Virus record (IMG/VR): IMGVR_UViG_3300037467_001324
Reading direction: 5' to 3' (one strand)
DNA: 64,000 nt
Origin: an uncultured virus (IMG/VR IMGVR_UViG_3300037467_001324)
Taxonomy: Duplodnaviria > Heunggongvirae > Uroviricota > Caudoviricetes
Both the position numbers and the translations under genes were made by a program. The notes under the pieces are model-generated. The model was not told the DNA's origin, made no database searches, and saw nothing but the letters and a program-made list of their open reading frames with translations. Below are positions 28,733-38,108 of the stretch, piece by piece (the stretch's first letter is position 1; each line of letters opens with the position of its first letter).

Positions 28733-29300
28733 GGCAAAGCGACCGAAGAAAACCCTTATCGGGGTTCTCGGCCTGTCCGCTGCGGTGCTCCTCATGCAGG
28801 CGGTTCCGCGCGAGGAAAGCGGTCGCACAGTCGTCGCTAAGCCGACTGCGGACGGGCATGTCCGGCTGCAACACATCTCGGGCCACCAGTATCTCAAGAC
28901 CTACCTCGACCTCATTGGCGTGGCGACGGCCTGCGACGGCCTCACGCGCGACCGCGACGGCCGCGCCATCAAGCTCGGCCAGCAGTTCACCGAAGCGCAA
29001 TGCTCGGCGATGCTTGAGGAATCACTGGTCGACACCGCCGACCATGTGATGCGTTGCACACCTGGCCTTGAGGGACATGACGGGCCGAAGGTCGCCTCTG
29101 TGCTGCTGGCGCACAACATAGGCTGGCCGACTTACTGCAAATCGAGCATCTCAAAGCTATTCAACGCGCGGGCCTACAGCGCCGCGTGCGTCCGCTTCCC
29201 GCTCTACGACATGGCCGGCGGTCAACACCTTCCGGGCCTCAAGAAGCGCCGCAACCGCGAGAAATTCATCTGTCTCACAGGACGACTCCCATATGCTTAG
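28725..29300 (+). CDS. Endolysin, GH24 lysozyme with possible SAR N-terminus
   Basis: Basic then hydrophobic N-terminus; E…YLD.IGVATAC.G.T, HNIG, LPGLKKRR..E. Confidence 0.88.
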   Translation: MAEAKRPKKTLIGVLGLSAAVLLMQAVPREESGRTVVAKPTADGHVRLQHISGHQYLKTYLDLIGVATACDGLTRDRDGRAIKLGQQFTEAQCSAMLEESLVDTADHVMRCTPGLEGHDGPKVASVLLAHNIGWPTYCKSSISKLFNARAYSAACVRFPLYDMAGGQHLPGLKKRRNREKFICLTGRLPYA

Positions 29301-29724
29301 CTTCATCACATCGCGGCTCGCCGGCCCGATCTTCGGCGGCTTGCTGCTTCTGTCGGTCGTCGGCAACGCCTACCAGGGCATCACCAACCATTTCGCGGTG
29401 AAGGGTCTCAAGGACCAGATCTCGACCCTGACCACGGCAAACAGCAACCTCACCCGCGACAATCAAACGCTGCGGTTGAATCAGGCAAACCTGCAATCGG
29501 CGATCACCACTCAGAACGCGGCGGTCGACGGCCTCAAAGCCGCTGCCGACCTCGCCGCCGCACAGGCGAAGGCGAACCAGGCGAATTTCAATGCGGTCGC
29601 CTCGGTGCTCGACAGTCAGGCTGCGGCAATCGGGAAGCTGCCGCCGCTGCCCGCTGGTGCTGACCGCTGCGCTGCGGCCTCCGCGCTCATCCGTAACACC
29701 CTTGCTCAGGAGCACAGCAAGTGA
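29293..29724 (+). CDS. i-spanin (Rz-like)
   Basis: N-terminal TM segment followed by coiled coil; after the endolysin. Confidence 0.7.
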   Translation: MLSFITSRLAGPIFGGLLLLSVVGNAYQGITNHFAVKGLKDQISTLTTANSNLTRDNQTLRLNQANLQSAITTQNAAVDGLKAAADLAAAQAKANQANFNAVASVLDSQAAAIGKLPPLPAGADRCAAASALIRNTLAQEHSK

Positions 29725-30017
29725 ATCGTCGCCTGAGACTCGCAGCCTTCGCGCTACTGCTCGGCTTGAGCGCCTGCACACACACACCGCCTCCCGAACC
29801 GCAGATCAAGGTCGTTGAGACCAAAGTTCCTGTCCAGGTTCCGTGCCACGTGACAGTTGAGGTTCACAAGAACTACTCCGACGCGGCCGCCGAGCTCATC
29901 ACCGACATTTACGAGCAGGCTAAGGCGCTGCTCCAAGGGCGCAAGGAGCGCATGGCTGACCAGAAGCGGCTCGAGGGAGGCGTCGTCAGCTGCGGCGGCA
30001 CGGTGACCGCGAAATGA
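29721..30017 (+). CDS. o-spanin (Rz1-like lipoprotein)
   Basis: Lipobox LSAC followed by a Pro-rich segment. Confidence 0.75.
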   Translation: MNRRLRLAAFALLLGLSACTHTPPPEPQIKVVETKVPVQVPCHVTVEVHKNYSDAAAELITDIYEQAKALLQGRKERMADQKRLEGGVVSCGGTVTAK

Positions 30018-30328
30018 GCGGCGAAATGACGCCGTGGATGGCGCTGTTTGCTGCCGGCTCGCTGATTCTCGCCGGCGCGACCTTCTACGCAGGATGGGTG
30101 ACTCGCATCGTCAAGGGCGAAGGCGCCGCCGAAGCTGTCAAGCGGCAGCAGGAGCATCTCGAGCGCGTCGAACGCGAACTCGCGCAATTCAAGGAGCACG
30201 TCGCGGCAACTTACGCCTCCAACCAAACAATTGAACAGCTCGAGCGCCGCGTGGTGGCGGCGATCGACCGCCTTGGTGATCGGCTCGATAAATTGTTCGA
30301 GCCGCGAAGGCCGACAACGCGGAGCTGA
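30014..30328 (+). CDS. Membrane-anchored coiled-coil protein
   Basis: N-terminal TM segment, FKEHVAATYAS, coiled coil. Confidence 0.65.
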   Translation: MSGEMTPWMALFAAGSLILAGATFYAGWVTRIVKGEGAAEAVKRQQEHLERVERELAQFKEHVAATYASNQTIEQLERRVVAAIDRLGDRLDKLFEPRRPTTRS

Positions 30329-30335
30329 TGCCCTT

Positions 30336-32003
30336 TTGGCCGGCAAACCTCGACACAGCGATGAGGTGGTAATCGCAGCCTATAACGACCGTCGCTCATT
30401 CCCGACGCTCGAGGCCCTGCGCGATCACCTCGGCTATGGCGACGTCCGCAACATGGTGGTGCGGCTGACGAAGCTCCGCCGCCAGTATCCGGGACGACTG
30501 ATCGATCGCAAGCGGATTTACCATCAGGCAAACGCAGCAGGCGAGACGGCGTCAGCACGCAGCATCGGCCAAGTGCTGCCAACCGCGACCGGCGACAGTC
30601 GGGTCAGGCGATGGCTGCTCACCGCGGCTCAGGACGAAACCCAGGTTCACGAAGCATTCTGGACGAACCTCCTTGCCTACGGGGAGAAGATCGGCGCCGA
30701 GGTGCTCGTTGGCGGCTTCACCTACAACAAATCGCTGTTCGAGGACCACGCTTCGAGGACAGCCGTGTTCGCCGCAGCGGTGCAACCATATCTGATTCAC
30801 GACGACCGGATGCTCGGACCGCTGCTGTTCTCGGGCCGCATGAATATATTGCCGACAGCGGTGCGCCCGCTGTCCGGCCTGACCAACTATGGTCGCGGTG
30901 CCTGGACGGTGTTTCCTCACGCGAAGGTGCAACTGGATTCGGTCGCCTCCCTACCTGGCCGTCACCCCGCGATGGTGATGACCACCGGCGCCTGCACGGT
31001 TCCGAACTACATCGAGAAGAAGGCCGGCCTCAAAGCCGAGTTCCACCACCAGATCGGTGCGACCATAGTCGAGGTGGACGGCGCCGACCGAACATTCTGC
31101 CGACAGATCGGCGCGACGAGCGATGGCAGCTTCCAGGACCTCGACGCGATCGTGCGCAATGGTGAGGTGACATTCGGCAATCGCGTCGAAGGGATCACTT
31201 GGGGCGACATTCACCGCGAGCAGATCGATCCGCAAGTGGCGCTCACCTGTTGGGGCTTCGACGTCGCGAGCGGTGAGGTTGTCGCCGAGGAATCGCTCAT
31301 CAATGCGCTGCGGCCGCGCCATCAGTTTTTCCACGACCTGCTCGATTTCCGCGCCCGCAACCATCACCGCCGCGGCGACCACATCCACGCGAAGCGGATG
31401 CTCACCCTCGGTGCTGAAAGCGTGGCCGGTGAGCTAGCCGACTGTGCGCATTTCCTCCGGGCAACGCAGCGCGACTATTGTCAAAGCGTTGTCGTCGCCT
31501 CGAACCACAATGATGCGCTGCTGCGCTGGCTGCGGGAGACAGACCCTCGGTTCGATGCGCTGAACCTTGAGACATGGTGCGAACTCAACCTCGAGTGGCA
31601 TCGGCAAATTCGCGCTAATCCGGACGGCCATTTCGACCTTTTCCGGTTTGCGCTCAGCCGCCATGACTCGCGGCTACTCGACGATATCACGTTCGTACCG
31701 CGCAATGGCTCATATCTCATCTGCCAGGATCGCGGCGGCATTGAATGCGGCCTCCACGGCGACGAAGGGCCGAACGGCGCTCGAGGATCGGTGCTCAACC
31801 TCAACCAAGTCGGCATTCGGATGACGGTCGGTCACGGACACTCGCCGAAGATCCTGGACGGCGTTCACATGGTTGGCCTCTGCGGTCTGCTCGAGCAGGG
31901 ATACAATAGCGGACCGAGCGGGTGGGCGCATACCCAAGGCATCACCTATCCGAACAGCCGGCGCACGCTCCTCACCATCATCGACGGAAAGTATCGAGCC
32001 TGA
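30336..32003 (+). CDS. Large calcineurin-like metallophosphoesterase/nuclease (T5 A1-like); start uncertain
   Basis: GDIH, HD, SNH, HGD.G.NG.RGS, GHGHSP motifs; TTG start after GGAG. Confidence 0.7.
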   Translation: MAGKPRHSDEVVIAAYNDRRSFPTLEALRDHLGYGDVRNMVVRLTKLRRQYPGRLIDRKRIYHQANAAGETASARSIGQVLPTATGDSRVRRWLLTAAQDETQVHEAFWTNLLAYGEKIGAEVLVGGFTYNKSLFEDHASRTAVFAAAVQPYLIHDDRMLGPLLFSGRMNILPTAVRPLSGLTNYGRGAWTVFPHAKVQLDSVASLPGRHPAMVMTTGACTVPNYIEKKAGLKAEFHHQIGATIVEVDGADRTFCRQIGATSDGSFQDLDAIVRNGEVTFGNRVEGITWGDIHREQIDPQVALTCWGFDVASGEVVAEESLINALRPRHQFFHDLLDFRARNHHRRGDHIHAKRMLTLGAESVAGELADCAHFLRATQRDYCQSVVVASNHNDALLRWLRETDPRFDALNLETWCELNLEWHRQIRANPDGHFDLFRFALSRHDSRLLDDITFVPRNGSYLICQDRGGIECGLHGDEGPNGARGSVLNLNQVGIRMTVGHGHSPKILDGVHMVGLCGLLEQGYNSGPSGWAHTQGITYPNSRRTLLTIIDGKYRA

Positions 32004-32140
32004 TGCTGGCTTGGCTGTGCGACTGGCGCGGCCACCCGCTGACGGAGCGCACCCTGCTATTCCATACTCGCCGGATGCACCTTTACCGGTTCTCGTGCAG
32101 TTGCGGCCATCGGCACGAGCTCAGGCGCCGCTTCTCATAA
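32003..32140 (+). CDS. Small Cys/His-rich hypothetical protein
   Basis: MLAWLCDWRGH…CSCGH; start overlaps the upstream stop. Confidence 0.5.
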   Translation: MLAWLCDWRGHPLTERTLLFHTRRMHLYRFSCSCGHRHELRRRFS

Positions 32141-32146
32141 GAAAGG

Positions 32147-32184
32147 AAAAAGGGGCGATCGGCCCAAGGAAACCGATCGCCCCT
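32147..32184 (-). terminator. Rho-independent terminator (minus strand, possibly bidirectional)
   Basis: AGGGGCGATCGG/CCGATCGCCCCT stem with an A-run on the + strand left side. Confidence 0.75.
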
Positions 32185-32261
32185 CGGCACTCCGCAGCCC
32201 TATAGAGCCGCGCGATTCAGGCCGTCAGGGATGGGGAAGGGCGACGGCCCGACCGTCTCAT

Positions 32262-32651
32262 TCATGCCACTGCGGCAGCCTTGGCATCGCCGTTGTCAGA
32301 AACCACCACTGCGAGCGGTCCATGCTTCCTACCGAGTCGGAATTGCCGCTCTGGTGGCACGCTGACGAACTCGACGATTTTCTCAGGGTTCAGCAGCTCG
32401 AGCGAGAGACCGTGGAAGAATCCGATCTCCATGCCTCCAAACTGCCCCTTTTTCGCGATTGTCTCGAACACATGGGTCAGTAAGACGACCGATCCGGTAC
32501 GCCGTATGACGTCGATGAGTTCCTGGGCGCGTGTTCGCCCGATAGCGTTGGCCTCGCTATAGTTTCCGGTTGGTGATCCGGGCCAGAGGTCAACGGTGTC
32601 GCCGTCATCAAGACAGGTAAACGGCGGTAATGACGCGAGCTTTTGCTCCAT
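32262..32651 (-). CDS. Hypothetical protein, divergent from the HTH gene
   Basis: Clean ORF with an AGGA/AAGA purine-rich leader and its own terminator. Confidence 0.65.
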   Translation of the reverse strand: MEQKLASLPPFTCLDDGDTVDLWPGSPTGNYSEANAIGRTRAQELIDVIRRTGSVVLLTHVFETIAKKGQFGGMEIGFFHGLSLELLNPEKIVEFVSVPPERQFRLGRKHGPLAVVVSDNGDAKAAAVA

Positions 32652-32873
32652 TTCTTGATTTCCTACTCGATTCCAATTTGCACCTAATTGCGTTTTTTCA
32701 ATTTGACGCGGTGCCTAGCCGGACCTCATTGCGTATTCCCCCACTCCCCGACCGATTCGGCCCCGCGAATCGATGCTCCTGTGAACCGAGCGAATCGAAT
32801 GTGGCTGCAAACTTGCAGCTTCGTCAATCGAAAATTGCAGGTTTTCTATATGACCGAGATTAAATAAGCTGCA

Positions 32874-33317
32874 TTGATGCGGGGGGAACAACGAATCATA
32901 GTCGCGTGGATGGAGCGCCAGCTCGCTCGGCTGCGCTGGAAACCCGAACGATGGGCGCGTGAAGCGGGTTTGGCGCCGACCACGGTCACGCGAGCAATGG
33001 CGGCAAATTATGAATCGGTGAGCTCTGTTCACACGCTTCATGTGCTCGCCCGTGCTGCCGGTGTTCCCTCGATTCTGGATTTCCTCGACGGTCAGGCGAC
33101 GATTTCCGTTCGCTATCCGATCATCACGGTGATGCTGGCCGAACTGCTGCCCGCGGTCGGCTGCGTGATTGATGAAACCAGCCTTGCGCGGCTCGGCGAG
33201 GCCTTGGCGCAAAGCCTTCTCGGAATGACGCACCAAGACGAAAGCGCGAGAACGGATCCGGAAGTTGCGCGACTGGTTGCTCGAGCGGCAAAGGCTGCGA
33301 TGCTCGACGAAAGGTGA
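32874..33317 (+). CDS. XRE-like HTH DNA-binding protein
   Basis: PERWAREAGLAPTTVTRAM…TLHVLARAAG. Confidence 0.7.
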   Translation: MMRGEQRIIVAWMERQLARLRWKPERWAREAGLAPTTVTRAMAANYESVSSVHTLHVLARAAGVPSILDFLDGQATISVRYPIITVMLAELLPAVGCVIDETSLARLGEALAQSLLGMTHQDESARTDPEVARLVARAAKAAMLDER

Positions 33318-33376
33318 CCGACGACTCATGGGCGGTGTTCTGGTTTTGTTCTCATTCCTCGTCAAGAGGAATTTTC

Positions 33377-33805
33377 CTACGCAGTGCCTTTAAGTTTCCT
33401 ATCGAAAATCTCAAGCGCACCTAGTGACAGACGGTAACCGCGGCCGCGGACCGTCTCGATTGCGTCCTCGCCGAGCTTCGCCCGAATCTTGCAAATCATC
33501 ACGGACACGATGTTGGACTCGAGCGAGCAGCCGCGTTCCTCGTCGAGCATTCCTTCGAGTCTGAGCGACGACATCAACTTTTCCCGCCGCTGGTATAGAG
33601 CCGTGCAAATCATCGCCTCGGTCGCGCTCAGGTCGAAACGTGCCTGGATCGCATCGCAGAGGTCCTCCTCGATTAGTTGGCACGCCTCGCGTTTCCAGTG
33701 CTCGACCTCGTACTCGAGCTGCTCGATTCGCTCGCGCAGCTGCGCATTCTCAGCCTCCATCCGGCGATAGTCGCCGATGCAATGGATGCTCGTCGGCGCG
33801 TTCAT
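33377..33805 (-). CDS. Coiled coil plus OmpR/CtrA-type winged-helix protein, no receiver domain
   Basis: LSATE…NIVSVMICKIRAKLG..IETVRGRGY. Confidence 0.85.
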   Translation of the reverse strand: MNAPTSIHCIGDYRRMEAENAQLRERIEQLEYEVEHWKREACQLIEEDLCDAIQARFDLSATEAMICTALYQRREKLMSSLRLEGMLDEERGCSLESNIVSVMICKIRAKLGEDAIETVRGRGYRLSLGALEIFDRKLKGTA

Positions 33806-34413
33806 CCGATGAGCTCGAGGAGGGGATCAGGCAGGAACTTGTCGACCTCGTTGCCCCACGCGTCCCAACCGTCGCGGCGCTTGCGTGCGAACATTTCCAG
33901 AAAAGGACCTTCGCTGAGCCGTTGGATACGCTCGTACTGTTGGTCGGGCTTGCGGCTATGCTCGCGCCTCGGCGCATAGATGACGTTTTCTCCGGTCTCG
34001 ATCAGCTGCCGGACACCGGCGTCGAGACGCGAAGGCTTTCCCCGCGTGAACAGGAGGCTGTATTCGACCTGCTTGCGGAACCATTTCCCCATGCTGATGG
34101 GGCGCACAGTCGGATCGTTCTTGCCCGTTTTCACCCAAACAAGGCCGTCGCTCTTGAAGGCGAAGCCCCAATGACGACCGAGTTCGATCGCTTGGTCAAG
34201 GTGGCTGCCGATGACCCACATATGGAGGACGCAGTCCTTCGCCGCGATGTCGGCCACAGGCAGCGCCCGCAGTTCCTCCATGCTCATCACATCATAAGGC
34301 GCGTCCTCCGTGCGGTGCGGTGCGCTCGCCTTGCCGGCGTAGCTGACCCACGCCCACGGCGGGTCGGCGACGATGCAACCATACGGGCCGGAGGGCAGCG
34401 GCGGAGTAGTCAT
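33802..34413 (-). CDS. MT-A70 family adenine methyltransferase
   Basis: ADPPW, WVK, RREHSRKP, LEMFAR, WGNE. Confidence 0.93.
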   Translation of the reverse strand: MTTPPLPSGPYGCIVADPPWAWVSYAGKASAPHRTEDAPYDVMSMEELRALPVADIAAKDCVLHMWVIGSHLDQAIELGRHWGFAFKSDGLVWVKTGKNDPTVRPISMGKWFRKQVEYSLLFTRGKPSRLDAGVRQLIETGENVIYAPRREHSRKPDQQYERIQRLSEGPFLEMFARKRRDGWDAWGNEVDKFLPDPLLELIG

Positions 34414-35039
34414 CCGATGAGGCTTTCGATTTCGTTGCTCGGGAACGGGACGAGGAGTCCGCGATGTTGCCCGAGCGGGTTGGAGTTCATGCGCTCGAGC
34501 GCAGCGACGCAGTCATTGCCCCACGCGACCAGCATCGACCCGGCTCCGGCGCCAGATTTGCGCTTCTTGCCATCTTTCCCGACGACTATCGGCGGCTTGC
34601 CGGTCTTATCGACGAACTTGAGTCGCGCGTTCAGGAACAGGATGGCGTCGGCCGAGGCGGCAGTCTCGTGGAACCATTCGGTGTCGGTGCGCGCGAACAC
34701 GAGAGCGATGCCGCAGCGATGTTCGCCCATCCGGCGCAGCCATTGCTTCGTTTCAGGGCCGTAGGGCGGGTTGCACCATATCATGCCATCGTCCGGCCAC
34801 GGCAGATCGAGACCGTTGTCCGGCAGCGAATAGAATCGCTTGGCCGGGATCCACGGCAACCCTCCTGACGGCGCGCACGGGTCCAAGTCGAACTCGAGAC
34901 CGAGCTCGGCGAATATGGACGGCGGCGTGTACCACTCGACGGTCTCGCCATCGAAGGGCTTCTCGTGGCTGAATCCTGTCTTGGCCTCGCTGATCGGCGT
35001 GGCACCGATGAGCGCGTCGATGTCGAGCGGCGCGTTCAC
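34410..35039 (-). CDS. Phage DNA N6-adenine methyltransferase (Dam-like)
   Basis: EWYTP, FDLDPC, WCNPPYG, ARTDTEWFH; GTG start overlapping the upstream TGA. Confidence 0.9.
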   Translation of the reverse strand: MNAPLDIDALIGATPISEAKTGFSHEKPFDGETVEWYTPPSIFAELGLEFDLDPCAPSGGLPWIPAKRFYSLPDNGLDLPWPDDGMIWCNPPYGPETKQWLRRMGEHRCGIALVFARTDTEWFHETAASADAILFLNARLKFVDKTGKPPIVVGKDGKKRKSGAGAGSMLVAWGNDCVAALERMNSNPLGQHRGLLVPFPSNEIESLIG

Positions 35040-35320
35040 CCGATGAGCCTCTCGATGAGGTCGGCGTAAAAGGCGCCGTCCAGCTGCGGCTCCTCGCGCA
35101 GTGTCGGATGCGGCTGAGGCCACGCATTCGCGGTGACAGATTCCGCAAAGCGCCACATTTCGAGTTCGCTGAGATGCTGCGTAACCGGGTGACGCTTGAG
35201 GGCGAAAACGACCGCTTCCTCGAGCTCATCCGGGCCTATGTCCGAGCCGCAGCATTCCTCGAACGGCCAACCCGAGCCGCACGGGCAATCGCACTCCTTG
35301 ATGGGTATTTCCTCGGTCAC
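35036..35320 (-). CDS. SEC-C motif protein
   Basis: CPCGSGWPFEECCG. Confidence 0.75.
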   Translation of the reverse strand: MTEEIPIKECDCPCGSGWPFEECCGSDIGPDELEEAVVFALKRHPVTQHLSELEMWRFAESVTANAWPQPHPTLREEPQLDGAFYADLIERLIG

Positions 35321-35586
35321 CCGATGAGGTCCGCGAGGTCGTCCGGTCCGATGGGGTCAGTCCGCCGCTGCCGCTCGAGCATCGCGCCGAAGCGGATGCG
35401 CAGCACCTTGGTGATCGCCTCGAGCGGATCCTCGTCGTAATCTATCGTCCAGCCATGTCCCGAGTTGGCGAGATTCGCCTGGTGCTTGCGACCGTTCTCT
35501 CGCGCGCCGAACCACACGTTCAGGCGCATCTGTCCCTGGCCGCACGCTAGGCGCAGCAAATCCGGCAGATCGGGCGGAAAGGTCAC
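35317..35586 (-). CDS. Hypothetical protein
   Basis: GTG start overlapping the upstream stop; ends DDLADLIG. Confidence 0.6.
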   Translation of the reverse strand: MTFPPDLPDLLRLACGQGQMRLNVWFGARENGRKHQANLANSGHGWTIDYDEDPLEAITKVLRIRFGAMLERQRRTDPIGPDDLADLIG

Positions 35587-35932
35587 AGCGCACCTGTTGC
35601 GAGGTAGCAGCCGGCGAAAATCGACAGGATGCCTGCGCAGAGCAGCAGGTCGTCGCTCCAGGTGCGCAGCTCGATATGACGCCGCAGACGCTGCGCTGAC
35701 GAGACGACGAAGCCGCCACAATAGACCGCGGCGCCGCCGAACAGGAGCAGGCCGACCGTGTTCATCAGATGAACAGCCACCAGGCAAACGCGCCGAAGAA
35801 GCAGGCAATGCCGACATAGACGAGCGTGTCGCCGATGAGCCTGCGTTTCGGCGGTGACGAGCGCGGAAAGGCCACAACAGCCCCGCCGAACTGGAGGGCG
35901 GCGCCGATGACGGCGAGATGGCCCGCGTTCAT
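35583..35932 (-). CDS. Two tandem small membrane proteins (35583-35765 and 35765-35932)
   Basis: Coupled ORFs MNTVGLLLFGG… and [10 protein letters not shown]…, each with two hydrophobic segments. Confidence 0.55.
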
Positions 35933-36183
35933 CAGATCGCAAGTCCGAGAGCAGCGCAGTAGGTCTCAAGGATCGCCTGTTGCTCTTGGCGGACATGCGT
36001 TTCCATTCTGCGGAGCCGCACGACCTGCCGCATGATTTTCGTATCGTATCCGTTGGCTTTCGCCTCGGCGTACACGTCCTTGATGTCGTCAAGAATGCCG
36101 CGCTTCTCCTCCTCGAGCCGTTCCACGCGCTCGATGAACAGGCGGAGCTGGTCAGGTGCCGTATGGTTGTCGCCGGATGCCAT
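35932..36183 (-). CDS. gapR: GapR/DUF2312 nucleoid-associated protein
   Basis: [44 protein letters not shown] signature. Confidence 0.92.
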   Translation of the reverse strand: MASGDNHTAPDQLRLFIERVERLEEEKRGILDDIKDVYAEAKANGYDTKIMRQVVRLRRMETHVRQEQQAILETYCAALGLAI

Positions 36184-36211
36184 TTCCTCGCTAACTCCCT
36201 AACTTAGTGAT

Positions 36212-36745
36212 TCAAGTAATCGGCTCGAGCGCGTGCTGGCAGTGCTCGCAGCGGAGCACCGGACGCTCGACCAGGTTGTCGGTGATGCGGCGGAACTCGT
36301 GATCGTCGGCGCGCAGTTGCTCGGCGCGGCGCACGGCTTTGATGACCGTACTGCGGTCGCTGGCACGAAAGGCCGCCGCGAGCTGCCCGTCGCTCCAGTA
36401 TTTGAGCCGCTTGCTTGCGACCCACATCGCTGCGGCGCGAACGCGGCTGACCGCCTTCGTCTGGTGCGACATATTGACGACCTCGGAGTGTTTCGTTCCG
36501 CCGAACGCGCCGCAGACCTCCATGACGATGGCATCGACCGGCGAAGCGATTCCCTGAACGCCTTGGCGAATGTCCATCTGGATAGAGATGTTCGAGGCCT
36601 GAGCGCGGAGGACGTCAGCGACATCCTTGTGGCCCTTCACCTCGAACGAGGTCGCCTGGTCGTGCAGATAACCGACGATGCTCCCGCGGTGGTCATAAGC
36701 GAGAAACTGGAGTGCGGCGGCATGGTCGATTGGCTGGTCGGACAT
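36212..36745 (-). CDS. Protein with a DnaA C-terminal-type HTH domain
   Basis: SRVRAAAMWVA…QLAAAF..SDRSTVIKAVRR resembles DnaA domain IV; terminal CEHC. Confidence 0.75.
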   Translation of the reverse strand: MSDQPIDHAAALQFLAYDHRGSIVGYLHDQATSFEVKGHKDVADVLRAQASNISIQMDIRQGVQGIASPVDAIVMEVCGAFGGTKHSEVVNMSHQTKAVSRVRAAAMWVASKRLKYWSDGQLAAAFRASDRSTVIKAVRRAEQLRADDHEFRRITDNLVERPVLRCEHCQHALEPIT

Positions 36746-36804
36746 GGGTTCCCTGATTGACTGGCGTTATTTCTTCGGGGTGACGGTCGGCGATCGTCGA
36801 ATCA

Positions 36805-37443
36805 CTAAGTTGGTGAGTGTCGATAAAGCAGCGCCACGATTGCGTCCAGATCGCTGTATAAGTCGGCGAGCGTGCCGTTGTTCTCCACGACGAAATCGGG
36901 TTTCAGACGGTCGACACGCTCACTGTCATGGACGCCCCACATGATGCCGAAGGCATGGTAGAGCGTCTTGCCGAGCCAGCCCCATTTGAATGCGGCCGGA
37001 TGCGTTCCCTTGCGCCGGATGAGGATGGTCGCGCCGCCAATGCTGCGAATCTCCCGTTCCTCGTTCGGGAAGCGGACGCTGTCATTCATCGGTTTCGCGA
37101 GTTTCAACACCTCGTGCGCCCACAGCCGCGCCCACAGGTCAGCATCAATCTGCTCCCTGCCCCATTCGGTTCCAAGCGCAATCTGCGCCCATCGGCTTGT
37201 GACGCCGAGGCATGGAATCACCTCCTCCTTGAGGTCGCCGGTGAGGTAGCGATCGATAAGCGCAGTCGGCATATCGAAGCGACGCAGTAACGTGCGCAGC
37301 ATGTCCCGAAGCGGCTCAGCAATGTGGTGGCGCTTATAGCCGTGACACCGCTCAAGATAGTTCGCAGCTGTCGTTTTCCCTGACTGCGCGAAGCCGCTCA
37401 GGCCAATCGCCGGCACGGTGCGGATCATTGTTGGCGCGTTCAT
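36805..37443 (-). CDS. Deoxynucleoside monophosphate kinase
   Basis: GLSGFAQSGKTT, LGTEWGR, DSVRFPNE, HDSE. Confidence 0.88.
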   Translation of the reverse strand: MNAPTMIRTVPAIGLSGFAQSGKTTAANYLERCHGYKRHHIAEPLRDMLRTLLRRFDMPTALIDRYLTGDLKEEVIPCLGVTSRWAQIALGTEWGREQIDADLWARLWAHEVLKLAKPMNDSVRFPNEEREIRSIGGATILIRRKGTHPAAFKWGWLGKTLYHAFGIMWGVHDSERVDRLKPDFVVENNGTLADLYSDLDAIVALLYRHSPT

Positions 37444-38108
37444 GCGTCACCTAGAACGCGGTCAAGTTCCGCCGCCGCGGTGCCGACAGCTTTGCCGAGC
37501 TCCTCGTTGCCGCGGTCGGCGAGATAGGCGCGCTGCGCGGCGCGAAGGTTGCGCGCGGCGGTCGCTATCTCACGCCGAGCGAAAACCTCGCGATTGTTGG
37601 CTTCGAGAAGCTCCGTGATGCGGCGGTCGTGCGCCTCGCGTGAAATTGGTCCGCTCGCCTGGGACAAAGCCGATGCTGCCAGAGATTTGACTTGGTCGAA
37701 TAGATCGGAGGGTATCTGCCGCGCCCGTTGCATGAAATGCTCAGGCTTCATGCTCAGGAACTCGCTCGCAAGCGTCGCCACCTCGTCACTGGTTTCCCTA
37801 GACGACTGGCCGATGCCGAGTTTCGTCGCCGTTCCAGGTTCGATGCCGAGCGCATCGCGGAAGCGTGTCCACAACGCAGCCGCATCGACGTCGCTCTCGC
37901 AATTCCAGCGGCCAGCAAAGTATAACGCCCGCCCCGCCTCGCGAAGCTCATCAAGTTCGGCGGCAAACGCGATGAACGCATTGGAGCCTTGGAAACCTGG
38001 TCCCACCCAATCCTCGCCGTAACGCAAGATCCGAACCTGATCGTTGTGGCGCATGACTAGGACATATTTACCGTCGAGGGTTCCTACCCTCATCAGTTCT
38101 TCACTCAT
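37440..38108 (-). CDS. Hypothetical protein
   Basis: Coupled ORF in the operon (ATGA overlaps). Confidence 0.65.
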   Translation of the reverse strand: MSEELMRVGTLDGKYVLVMRHNDQVRILRYGEDWVGPGFQGSNAFIAFAAELDELREAGRALYFAGRWNCESDVDAAALWTRFRDALGIEPGTATKLGIGQSSRETSDEVATLASEFLSMKPEHFMQRARQIPSDLFDQVKSLAASALSQASGPISREAHDRRITELLEANNREVFARREIATAARNLRAAQRAYLADRGNEELGKAVGTAAAELDRVLGDA

